Below, one piece after another: positions 17,865 to 26,503 of a stretch of DNA of 51,099 nt (positions are counted from its first letter, which is position 1; each line of letters opens with the position of its first letter). The stretch is from Anaerolineales bacterium (GTDB taxonomy: Bacteria > Chloroflexota > Anaerolineae > Anaerolineales > Villigracilaceae), in NCBI GenBank assembly GCA_016789345.1, contig JAEURG010000237.1, positions 1-51,099 on the forward strand, given 5' to 3'. Position numbers and translations under genes: made by a program. Under the pieces are notes generated by a model, which saw only the letters and a program-made list of their open reading frames with translations, searched no databases and had not been told where the DNA came from.

Positions 17865-19131
17865 CCCCACGCGTTTTGATTCATTTTCAATTCGCCATCA
17901 TCCGCAACGTGATTTTATTCAGCAAGTTCTTGCTTCCACTTTTGATTCTGTCAATCCTTATGATGCTGTAAAAAAATATTTACAAAAAAATTCTTTACCT
18001 AACTCAAAAAAGACTTTTGCTTTCGGATTAGGCAAAGCTGCAATGGCAATGACTCAAGCCATTGCAGATGAAATTTCATTAACCGATTCACTCATCATCA
18101 CCAAATACGCTTCGCTTTCTGACTTGAAACTTGATTCTGTTATTCTGGGAAATCATCCTATCCCCGGCAAGGACAGCCTTAACGCTGGAATTGAAGCCAA
18201 AAAGTTTCTTTCACAATTAACAAAAAATGATTTATTGATTTGTTTGATTTCAGGTGGTGGCTCAGCATTAATGACTGCGCCAACCATTCCATTAGATAAA
18301 CTGCAAGAATTAACTTTAGCATTATTAAAATCAGGCGCAAGCATTGATGAAATCAATACCATCCGAAGGCATTTGGATGAATTGAAAGGTGGGGGTGTGG
18401 TTCAATTTGCAAATGGAGCAAAAATTATCAGTTTGATTCTCTCGGATGTTGTAGGAGACTCGCTTCAAACTATTGCTTCTGGAATCACAGTGCCTGATTC
18501 CACTACAAAGGAAGATGCAATAAACATTTTACAAAAATATAAAATTAAGAATGAAATTTCTTCTTGGAAAGAAACTTTGAAAGCAGATAATCCGCTTTTT
18601 GAACATGTTGAAAACAAAGTTGTGGCTAGCAATTCCACTGCCTTAGGGTTTGCGTGTAGTCAAATAGAGAACGCATGGGGAGATGAAAAGGTGAAGATAA
18701 TAAATAAGAATATTCAAGGCGAAGCAAGTGAAGTTGGGTTAGAAATTGCAAAGCAATTCAAAAACGCTTTTCAAACGATGCAAAGACCTTTCTGTTTGTT
18801 AGCAGGTGGAGAAACAACTGTAACTATTAGGGGAAATGGCAAAGGTGGAAGGAATCAAGAATTGGCATTAGCAACTGTGGAGGAGTTATCTGGTTTAGAA
18901 AATGTGATGCTGATTTCAATCGCGACAGATGGAGAAGATGGACCAACAGATGCGGCAGGCGCGGTGGTGACGGGGGAGAGTTATCAGCGAAGCAAAAGTT
19001 TGGGGATGGATGTCACCAACTATCAATCAAGAAATGATGCGTATGAATTTTTTAATCAGCTAGGTGATTTAATCAAAACAAACCCTACTGGCACAAATGT
19101 CAATGATTTAGTTTTTTGTTTTGCGTTTTAA
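17848..19131 (+). CDS. Glycerate kinase type 2 (DUF4147/MOFRL)
   Basis: GKAA, HPIP, LISGGGSAL, GGETTV, GKGGRNQE, TDGEDGPT, TGTNVND. Confidence 0.93.
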   Translation: MTQNFSPTRFDSFSIRHHPQRDFIQQVLASTFDSVNPYDAVKKYLQKNSLPNSKKTFAFGLGKAAMAMTQAIADEISLTDSLIITKYASLSDLKLDSVILGNHPIPGKDSLNAGIEAKKFLSQLTKNDLLICLISGGGSALMTAPTIPLDKLQELTLALLKSGASIDEINTIRRHLDELKGGGVVQFANGAKIISLILSDVVGDSLQTIASGITVPDSTTKEDAINILQKYKIKNEISSWKETLKADNPLFEHVENKVVASNSTALGFACSQIENAWGDEKVKIINKNIQGEASEVGLEIAKQFKNAFQTMQRPFCLLAGGETTVTIRGNGKGGRNQELALATVEELSGLENVMLISIATDGEDGPTDAAGAVVTGESYQRSKSLGMDVTNYQSRNDAYEFFNQLGDLIKTNPTGTNVNDLVFCFAF

Positions 19132-19159
19132 CTTGCTGCTTGCTATACCCAAACCTTTT

Positions 19160-19230
19160 TAGCCACAGAGACCACAGAGAAAAAAAGGTTTAAGAGTTTT
19201 TCTCAGAGAACTCTGTGCGCTCTGTGGCTA
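19160..19230. repeat. CACAGAG-type inverted repeat between convergent genes
   Basis: TAGCCACAGAGACCACAGAG ... CTCTGTGCGCTCTGTGGCTA. Confidence 0.75.
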
Positions 19231-19239
19231 CGTTTTAAT

Positions 19240-20154
19240 TTATGCGTTTGCACTTCTGCCAAACCACGTTTGCCATTCGCGTTTTTCCCATACAACGAGA
19301 ATTGGTGCGGCGACAAAAATGGATGAGTAGGTTCCGCTCAACAAGCCAACGAGTAAGACAATAGCAAATTCTTGTAAAGTGACTCCGCCGAACAATGCCA
19401 GCGCGAGCAGAAGAAATTCTACGGTCATTAATTGGGTGTTGATAGAACGCTGTAAAGTTTGCACAATGGAATGATTGACGAGTTTTTCATATTCGAGCCT
19501 GCGTAAGATGTTTGAATTCTCGCGGATGCGGTCGAACACTACAATTGTATCTTGCATGGAGAAACCAATGACGGTTAATAGCGCGGTTAAGAAGAGTGAA
19601 TCAACTTGCCAATTAAAAAAGTATGCACCAATGCCTGTGATGCTGAAAATAATGGCAATATCATGCAACATAGCGAGGATGGCACACACGCCATAACGGA
19701 AAGCATTTTCTACTTTGCGAAATGACCAGATGATGAATAGCACTACTAGAATAGATGCAACTGCAACAGCAATTGCCGCACGTTGGGTCACTTGTCTGCC
19801 AATGCTGGGTCCTACGCTATCGAAGCGGATGACGGTTACTTCAGAATCAGAAGCAGTTTTTAGGTCTTTCAATACTTCGTCGCGAACTTCGTTGGTAAGA
19901 AACGAGGAACGGATAATGACTGAGCCTATTTCGGTAGAAGTGATTTGCGCATCGTCAATATTCGAGTCTTCATAAATGCTGAGGATAGTGGATGTATCGG
20001 GTGTTTTCCCGTTTTCAAATTGAACTTCAAACAGAGTGCCGCCGGTGAAATCAAGCGAGAGCGGAACGCCATTGATAGCAAGCAAAGTTAACCCTGAGAT
20101 TATTAAAATCAGTGAAAAAGCAAAAAAGTAATATCGTTTACTTAAAATATTCAT
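19240..20154 (-). CDS. secF: Protein translocase subunit SecF
   Basis: DFTGG, VGPSIG, DTIVVFDRIRE, GTYSSIFVA. Confidence 0.97.
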   Translation of the reverse strand: MNILSKRYYFFAFSLILIISGLTLLAINGVPLSLDFTGGTLFEVQFENGKTPDTSTILSIYEDSNIDDAQITSTEIGSVIIRSSFLTNEVRDEVLKDLKTASDSEVTVIRFDSVGPSIGRQVTQRAAIAVAVASILVVLFIIWSFRKVENAFRYGVCAILAMLHDIAIIFSITGIGAYFFNWQVDSLFLTALLTVIGFSMQDTIVVFDRIRENSNILRRLEYEKLVNHSIVQTLQRSINTQLMTVEFLLLALALFGGVTLQEFAIVLLVGLLSGTYSSIFVAAPILVVWEKREWQTWFGRSANA

Positions 20155-20178
20155 AACAAAATTCCTTAGTGAATTTGT

Positions 20179-21540
20179 TTATAGACCGAACCAGCGCTCA
20201 TAGTTTTGTGGTTTGAAGGAGCGTATAAAAATTGCCAATATGGTGCGTGTGACGTAAATAGCAGTGAACAACGAAATAATAACGCCGAGCGCGAGTGTTA
20301 ATGAAAAACCTTTGACGATGGTGGCGCCAAAAGAAGAGCCGAACCAGAATAGAATGATGGACGTGATGATGGCGGCAAGGTTTGAGTCACGAATGGATGA
20401 CCAAGCGCGCGTCCAGCCTTGGTCCATGGCTTGATTGAGTGTTTTTCCATTGCGTAATTCTTCTTTCATACGCTCAAAGATGAGGATGTTTGAGTCGAGT
20501 GCTGTGCCTGTACTCAGCATGAAGCCAGCAATACCTGGTAAGGTTAATGTGAAGTGGAACCACTTGAAGACTGCAAAAGCAATTGCGGCATAAATCAAAA
20601 TGGAAAGCACTGCCACGATGCCGGGCATACGATAATAAATAATCATAAACAAGGCGACGATAATCATACCGATGCCGCCAGCGATTAAACTTTTGTTTAA
20701 TGAATCTGCGCCGAGGGTGGGACCAATAATGCGGGTTTCAACAATTTTCAATGGTACGGGCAATGAACCGTAACGGAGTTGAATTGCAAAGGCGTTGGCT
20801 TCTTCAAATGTAAAGTCGCCGGTGATTGTGCCTTGACCACCTATGATGGCATCATTGATTACTGGAGCAGAGATAACTTGTTTATCTAATGTAATGGCGA
20901 GGATTTTGCCGATGTTGGCGGCAGTGTGCTGGCCAAAAATTTGTGCTCCGTTTGATTTCAATGCAAAGTTGATTGAATATCCGCCTCCAAATTGATTTGG
21001 CGACACGCTTATCGAGTCAATTTCTGCGCCGGTGAAAATAGTGTGGTAAATTTTCTCGCCCTCGCCTGCGGTGACAGGTTCGCCAGTGGGGCTGTAGTCG
21101 GTTAATAGAATTGTCCCTGCTTCGGGGAGGTCATCGCCTGTGTCTACAAACTCAAGCAGACCCGTTTGTTGAATCGTCGCCAAAACGGATTCGGTATCTG
21201 CTAGCCCGGGGAATTCGCCCACAATACGACGGTCTCCTGCTACGGTAATCACATTTTCGTTCACGCCTAAAGCGTCAGTACGTTGTTGAACAATTTGGCG
21301 GGCGACTTCCATCGCTTCAGAATCTATAGTTTGGTCGGCGGGGATATCGGCTTCGAGTAGCACTTGCAAACCGCCTTGCAGGTCTAGCCCGAGGCGTGGC
21401 TCTACATCTCTGCTAAACAGGGCTTCATTGGTGTTGCTAAATGGGTTAGGGATTAGGATTTCGCGGCTGAGGTCAATCCATAATGATAGGGCAACCACAA
21501 CCACAATTAGGATAATACGATTGGTTAAATTACGAATCAT
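20179..21540 (-). CDS. secD: Protein translocase subunit SecD
   Basis: LGLDLQGG, GSLPVPL, IGPTLG, DSNILIFERMKEE, KGFSLTL. Confidence 0.97.
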   Translation of the reverse strand: MIRNLTNRIILIVVVVALSLWIDLSREILIPNPFSNTNEALFSRDVEPRLGLDLQGGLQVLLEADIPADQTIDSEAMEVARQIVQQRTDALGVNENVITVAGDRRIVGEFPGLADTESVLATIQQTGLLEFVDTGDDLPEAGTILLTDYSPTGEPVTAGEGEKIYHTIFTGAEIDSISVSPNQFGGGYSINFALKSNGAQIFGQHTAANIGKILAITLDKQVISAPVINDAIIGGQGTITGDFTFEEANAFAIQLRYGSLPVPLKIVETRIIGPTLGADSLNKSLIAGGIGMIIVALFMIIYYRMPGIVAVLSILIYAAIAFAVFKWFHFTLTLPGIAGFMLSTGTALDSNILIFERMKEELRNGKTLNQAMDQGWTRAWSSIRDSNLAAIITSIILFWFGSSFGATIVKGFSLTLALGVIISLFTAIYVTRTILAIFIRSFKPQNYERWFGL

Positions 21541-21650
21541 GCGTTAGAGTTCTCCATCCACGAAAATGCCAGCCTGTGGCTGGCGCGGACAATATTATAC
21601 TCCTATTGCGGAAAAAGAGAATAAAAAGTTGGCGATTTGGGATTTGATTT

Positions 21651-21779
21651 GCCCAACGGCTTGAGTTAACGCCGTCCAACTGGAAAATGACAAGGCATAG
21701 GAAACTGCTTATGATTGCCGCGGAATCCCCAGCGTCAGGCCGTTCGCCCTGCGAAGACGGGGTGCACGCTGTGTTGGGT
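21651..21779 (-). mobile_element. Integron attC site 3 (distal, partly decayed)
   Basis: Minus strand ACCCAAC-ACAGCGTGCAC...GGGATTCCGCGGC...TAACTCAAGCC-GTTGGGC; 129 bp, homologous to the other two. Confidence 0.82.
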
Positions 21780-21802
21780 AGTGATTAGGAACGCATGTGA
21801 TT

Positions 21803-22456
21803 TTATTGAGACAAATCATTCTTTTCCGCTGAAATAATCTGTGCTGTTTGGGTATCAATATAAAAAGTCAAAGAAACTATATCATCATAATAATAAGATA
21901 CGTACCATACGGAATCACGTCCATGTTCATCGAAATTGAGAATTGCTAAGACACTGGCATTGTTCGGCGGTAGCCCTGATTCCTTTTCTGCTAATGCCCA
22001 AGTGGCATAAAAAGCGTCACGTGGATGTACGGAAACTCTTTGCAATTTTTCCTGTCTATCTCCTGGCGGGATAGAGTTTGCCCAACTATTTCCAGTGCGG
22101 ATGTCAAATACCAAGTTTCGGTCATCGAACTTAATGTGTTTAGTGGGATGATTTGTTTCCTTATCTACACGAGAAGGTTCTATCTTGAGAGATGTGTAGG
22201 CAATGTGAATATCTATAAAAGTTGGACCATTTTCTGTGTAATGATTCCATCTAGATGGACTAGCCCAAATGGTATGAATTCTAAAATCAGTACCTGACTT
22301 AGAAAATGCTGTATCTAGAATCTGCGTCCATGAAGCGGGAGGACAATTAATAAAATGACATTTGTTTTCGTAAAAAAAATTAGCAAACGCAGCAGTTATG
22401 AAAACAAGGACGAAGATAGACGCAAAGGGTTTTCTAAATTTGGAGATGTTTGCCAT
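21803..22456 (-). CDS. Gene cassette 3: membrane-anchored/secreted hypothetical protein
   Basis: Lies between attC2 and attC3; N-terminal hydrophobic segment; PepSY-like C-terminus (WYVSY...FYIDTQTAQII). Confidence 0.75.
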   Translation of the reverse strand: MANISKFRKPFASIFVLVFITAAFANFFYENKCHFINCPPASWTQILDTAFSKSGTDFRIHTIWASPSRWNHYTENGPTFIDIHIAYTSLKIEPSRVDKETNHPTKHIKFDDRNLVFDIRTGNSWANSIPPGDRQEKLQRVSVHPRDAFYATWALAEKESGLPPNNASVLAILNFDEHGRDSVWYVSYYYDDIVSLTFYIDTQTAQIISAEKNDLSQ

Positions 22457-22498
22457 GTTGTTCTCTGAATTTCGTTTGCTGTCCTTTACGAAGGAACT

Positions 22499-22627
22499 GC
22501 CCAACGGCTTGCGTTACTGGTTTGTGGGCGGGCTGAGATTCTCTCCGAAGACGAGAAAAAACTCGAAGCGAGAAAACTACTGAAAATGCCGCAGAATCCC
22601 CGCCATCCAGTGCACGCTTTGTTAGGC
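22499..22627 (-). mobile_element. Integron attC site 2
   Basis: Minus strand GCCTAAC-AAAGC-GTGCACTGG...CCAGTAAC-GCAAGCC-GTTGGGC; RYYYAAC/GTTRRRY ends; 129 bp. Confidence 0.92.
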
Positions 22628-22663
22628 GCGGTTTTGTAAATCGTTTTATGCAACCATTTTACT

Positions 22664-23323
22664 TTACTCAACCGAATGTTTCCTTTGCAGTTTGGGAACA
22701 AACATGTTGGTCTTTTTACGATATTCGCCATAATCTTTTGGTGCCAATGCCATTAGGTAGTTTTCTTCGGCACGCGCTTGATAGTAAATAGCAACCCACC
22801 CTATTAAGCCAAGTATTGGCAACCAAATTCCAGTAAAAAGGAACAAGGCAATGTTTAGAAAGGCTTCTGACGCGTAACGTGGATGACGAATTAATCCATA
22901 TGGACCTTGCGTTGCCAAGATGAACTCTTGAGGTGGAACTGTGTACAAGGGTGTATAGTTGGGGTTGAACACCATTGCGAACAAACCAAAAATATCGTCA
23001 ACGACAAACAGAATACTTCCAACCACATTTACCCAAAGCGGGAGATTCACTTTTACCAACACCAAGTATTGATTTATTGATGATGATAATGAGTCTATGA
23101 GAAGAAGAATTATTGTGATGATATTGACCGTAAAGACAAACAGCACGCCAACTTTTGAAGGAATTGTTCCTGGCGGTTTTGATAAGGTGGACACATGGGG
23201 ACGGATTATCTTTGGCGAGTGCTTTAGAAACGCATTTTTTATTAGAAATCTGTTGATGCTATACAACACCAAAAGCGTAGCCCATGTTATAGCAATTATC
23301 AACAACTTGTTTTGACTATTCAT
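22664..23323 (-). CDS. Gene cassette 2: isoprenylcysteine carboxylmethyltransferase/PEMT family membrane protein
   Basis: GPYGLIRHPRY, EE.YL, Y.EYRKKT.MFVP. Confidence 0.88.
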   Translation of the reverse strand: MNSQNKLLIIAITWATLLVLYSINRFLIKNAFLKHSPKIIRPHVSTLSKPPGTIPSKVGVLFVFTVNIITIILLLIDSLSSSINQYLVLVKVNLPLWVNVVGSILFVVDDIFGLFAMVFNPNYTPLYTVPPQEFILATQGPYGLIRHPRYASEAFLNIALFLFTGIWLPILGLIGWVAIYYQARAEENYLMALAPKDYGEYRKKTNMFVPKLQRKHSVE

Positions 23324-23344
23324 TGGACTGCCTTTTCGGAAAGC

Positions 23345-23474
23345 GCCTAACGGTTTGCGTTACCTGCGTGTGGGCGGGCGTGGACCATGCTCATTGTACC
23401 GAAAAATGCTTAGTTGTTGAGTCCTCTCATTTTGGCCGCAGAATCCCACCTGTCCAGTGCACGCGGTGTTGGGC
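23345..23474 (-). mobile_element. Integron attC site 1
   Basis: Minus strand GCCCAAC-ACCGC-GTGCACTGG...CAGGTAAC-GCAAACC-GTTAGGC; 130 bp. Confidence 0.92.
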
Positions 23475-23508
23475 ACGGCAAACTCTTTCATAACGATAAT
23501 CTGTTTGA

Positions 23509-24018
23509 TTACAATCTGCTCAAACCATTCATGATTGAGGATACTCCAAGAATTATAAACAAAATAGCAATGCCACACAGAATTAGAGGTGCCCAAGCTA
23601 TCACTTTTGAACGTGGCGGTATATTTTTGAATGATTTTAACCAAACCCAAGCGAGGATGGCATTACACATACCGATACCCACATTCCATAAGCCCATACT
23701 TACTTGTTTGGGACGCATAATTTTTGAAAACTCTATCTGTGAAGAAATTGACAGGGGATCCAGAAAATTATCTGCCGTATTTCTGATTGCGCCACTCAAT
23801 ATAAACAAAACACCTATGATAATGAAAAGTATAGAGTAAAAGGAAAAGTGTTTTTGGTGAATGGGCAAGGCAATTGAGATTGTTATTGCTACGATTGCAG
23901 AGATTGATGCAATTGAATTAGAAGGGATAAAAGCGAGAATTCCAAATATTGCGGCGATAATTAAGAATGCCACGATAATGGAATTGCGGCGGATATTTTT
24001 ATCATGAGGAGTGTCCAT
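23509..24018 (-). CDS. Gene cassette 1: multi-pass membrane hypothetical protein
   Basis: About 5 hydrophobic segments; lies between the attI-like site and attC1; start ATG 24018 or TTG 24051. Confidence 0.75.
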   Translation of the reverse strand: MDTPHDKNIRRNSIIVAFLIIAAIFGILAFIPSNSIASISAIVAITISIALPIHQKHFSFYSILFIIIGVLFILSGAIRNTADNFLDPLSISSQIEFSKIMRPKQVSMGLWNVGIGMCNAILAWVWLKSFKNIPPRSKVIAWAPLILCGIAILFIILGVSSIMNGLSRL

Positions 24019-24057
24019 AAAATTTTCCAATTCCCTACTACTGATTTTCAACTAAGT

Positions 24058-24160
24058 GCCCAACTAAGTATTATACGGAAACTTTCCGCATAACCACCCC
24101 ATACGGGGTCTTATATTGACTTTTTCCGTATAATACCCCATTTTAGGGTCTTATATGGAA
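24058..24160 (-). mobile_element. Putative attI site with periodic accessory boxes
   Basis: Minus strand GTATAAT-ACTTA-GTTGGGC (L box, 5 bp, R core) preceded by two 34-bp direct repeats 40 bp apart; not an attC-family sequence. Confidence 0.7.
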
Positions 24161-24212
24161 AGATAACTCTAAAAGAAACTTTTGACTACTATCTAACCTC
24201 TGCTCCCTCATC

Positions 24213-24968
24213 TTACTCCTTCAGCTTCACATACAAAATATTCGTCCCATCCAAATTCTGAGTTCGCATCTCAAACTTATCTTTCAGATTAATAATCATC
24301 TTCGAAAGTTGTTTATGACCATAGGTTCTCGGGTCAAAACCTGGGTCCAGTTGATAAAGAGCATTTCCCATTCCAGCCAGAGGCGCCCAGCCGTCTTGAC
24401 CAACTGCCATTTCAAAGGCTTGAGTCAAAATTGGCATCGGGTCGGAATCTTCTTTTCCTTCTTTTTTCTTTCCTACCTTCGCTTGCGATTGTTTTTGTAA
24501 AGCCTTCTTTTCAACAACCAAATTCTCGGTGTAAACAAATACGTCACACGCATTCACAAATGCTTTGGGAGTCTTCTTCTCTCCAATCCCCATCACAAAT
24601 ATCCCCGTCTCGCGGATGCGCGTAGCCAATCTCGTGTAATCACTGTCACTGGAGACCAAGCAAAATCCATCTACAACGTTTGAATGCAAAATATCCATTG
24701 CATCAATAATCATCGCGCTATCTGTCGCGTTTTTACCAATCGTATATCTGAATTGTTGAATCGGTTGAAAAGCATGAAAATTTAACGTTTCTTTCCACGA
24801 GTTCATGCTGTTCGTTGTCCAGTCGCCATAAATACGGCGCACCGTCACTTGACCATGCCTGCCTGCTTCCACCAACATTTGCGGTAATAAACCGGCTTGC
24901 GCATTGTCGCCATCAATCAACATAGCGATTTTGTTACGAGAAAGGGATTTAAGTTGTTCGTCTGCCAT
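24213..24968 (-). CDS. NYN domain protein (LabA/DUF88) with OST-HTH/LOTUS C-terminus
   Basis: LIDGDN, RIYGDW, GKNATD, IDAMD, VSSDSDY, FDPRTYG..KLS; start ATG 24968, 6 nt after TATAAT. Confidence 0.92.
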   Translation of the reverse strand: MADEQLKSLSRNKIAMLIDGDNAQAGLLPQMLVEAGRHGQVTVRRIYGDWTTNSMNSWKETLNFHAFQPIQQFRYTIGKNATDSAMIIDAMDILHSNVVDGFCLVSSDSDYTRLATRIRETGIFVMGIGEKKTPKAFVNACDVFVYTENLVVEKKALQKQSQAKVGKKKEGKEDSDPMPILTQAFEMAVGQDGWAPLAGMGNALYQLDPGFDPRTYGHKQLSKMIINLKDKFEMRTQNLDGTNILYVKLKE

Positions 24969-25043
24969 GCTGTCATTATACCTTTTGATTGTAAACATAT
25001 CGCAACGTCATAAAAGCAATTTCATCGGGTATACTCGCGCTTG

Positions 25044-25134
25044 TGTCATTCTGAGCCGCGTACTTGTTCTTGGCGGCGAAGAATCTCTGAACTTATCGTA
25101 GAGACCCTTTGCCAAACTACAGCTCAGGGTGGCA
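25044..25134 (+). repeat. GTCA..CTGAG...GAGACCCTT...CAGGGTG palindromic element in 5' leader
   Basis: TGTCATTCTGAGC...GCTCAGGGTGGCA arms; related to 50177-50240; downstream of TATACT 25030-25035. Confidence 0.72.
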
Positions 25135-25156
25135 TAAAAAAATCAGAGGCGCATCT

Positions 25157-26503
25157 ATGCAAGAACGATTTAGAAAATGGTTTCCATTACGAGCAGGTGA
25201 GAGTGGGTTAGTTCTTACACTTGGGTTTATTTTATTTGCAAATTACGCCGCCATGGGCATCACCAAAGTCGTTTCCGTCAGCGGTTTTCTCAGCGAAGTC
25301 AAAGACCATTACATATTATTAGTTTGGGCGATAGATATGGTCTTATTGATTCTCGCCACAGGCTTACAATCCTTAATCGTAGATAGATTTGACAGAGTCA
25401 AATTAATTGGCGGAGTCTTACTCGTTTTTGGGATTTTATATGCCATACTCCCGTTTTCGTTTCTTTCTTCGTGGATGCCTGCTTCTGTTTCATACACCTT
25501 AATTTATCTACTAAACGATCAGCAATGGCGTTTCTTCCCCGTCGTGTTTTGGATTCTCGTCAACGACATTTATGACCCAGGCACAGGTCGGCGCGTGATG
25601 CCAGTGATTGGCATCTTTGCTTTTATCGGCACCATCGTTGGTTTAGCCATCGCCGCAGTAGATGCGCAACTTAATTTTGGCACTGTTAATTTATTATTAC
25701 TCAATGCTGTCATATTTTTTGTTGCTTTTGCCATTTCACAATTTCGTTTACGGGCTGTCAAACTTCCGCCACCAATTGGCGCGCACGAAGATACAATGAA
25801 AGAAACGCTCACCGAAGGCTGGGAATTTATCAAAACTGTGCCTGCTTTTGCTTATGTTGCCTTAGGAATGCTCGCCGCTGGCAGTGTGATGACCGTACTT
25901 CTTTTTGACGTACTCTCCGATGCCAAACTTGATTTAGGTACTGGCTTCCAATCTTTTTATGCAACTTATAATTTATTAATTGCAATTGCTTCTATTTTTA
26001 TGCAAGGCATTTCAGCAAGAATTATTGAACGCTTCACGTTAAAACGCAGTTTCTTCATTCAACCATTTGTGATGTTATTTTCGATGATTGCAAACTTTTT
26101 CATCCCCGGTTACATGAGCAGTGGCGTTGCACAAGGCGTTTCTCGTGTGACCTATGACACTGTAGATTTATCTGCCCGTAAAGCCTTTCAAGCCATGGTG
26201 CCGAATGAAAAGCGTGGGCGTGTGAGCATTTTCTTAGATAGTTATCTTCCATCTGGCGGAACGATTATCGGAAGTTTAATCACATTTGCTATTATTTCAG
26301 TCGGTTTATATTTTGGAATTCCGCGCGAGCAGTATTCATTAATTTATATTGGCGTAGGTATTGCCATTGCACTTGTGGCGGTCTATGCCGCTTATAAAGT
26401 CCGTGCCACGTATGAGCAAAGCATGTTAAATTGGCAACTCAAACGCCGCACACGAGGAGCCAGCGTATTAGATAAATTAGATTTTGGGGATAGTGGAAAA
26501 TAA
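25157..26503 (+). CDS. Npt1/Npt2 (TLC)-like MFS membrane transporter
   Basis: About 12 hydrophobic segments; FW...NDIYD...RR..P.IG pattern; start ATG 25157 after GAGG. Confidence 0.7.
   Translation: MQERFRKWFPLRAGESGLVLTLGFILFANYAAMGITKVVSVSGFLSEVKDHYILLVWAIDMVLLILATGLQSLIVDRFDRVKLIGGVLLVFGILYAILPFSFLSSWMPASVSYTLIYLLNDQQWRFFPVVFWILVNDIYDPGTGRRVMPVIGIFAFIGTIVGLAIAAVDAQLNFGTVNLLLLNAVIFFVAFAISQFRLRAVKLPPPIGAHEDTMKETLTEGWEFIKTVPAFAYVALGMLAAGSVMTVLLFDVLSDAKLDLGTGFQSFYATYNLLIAIASIFMQGISARIIERFTLKRSFFIQPFVMLFSMIANFFIPGYMSSGVAQGVSRVTYDTVDLSARKAFQAMVPNEKRGRVSIFLDSYLPSGGTIIGSLITFAIISVGLYFGIPREQYSLIYIGVGIAIALVAVYAAYKVRATYEQSMLNWQLKRRTRGASVLDKLDFGDSGK

Noticed and set aside
22486-23650. ORFs 22486-22731 and 23360-23650 sharing a PN.ACTG..GFCG peptide
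   Set aside because: The shared peptide is translated attC sequence, not a protein family
21651-24160. CRISPR array or IS element as the explanation for the repeats
   Set aside because: Repeats are ~130 bp and separated by whole genes; no cas or transposase gene, no terminal IRs with target duplication
24065-24160. Chromosomal dif site
   Set aside because: TTTCCGTATAA resembles a XerC arm, but no XerD arm (TTATGTTAAAT-like) follows at 6-bp spacing
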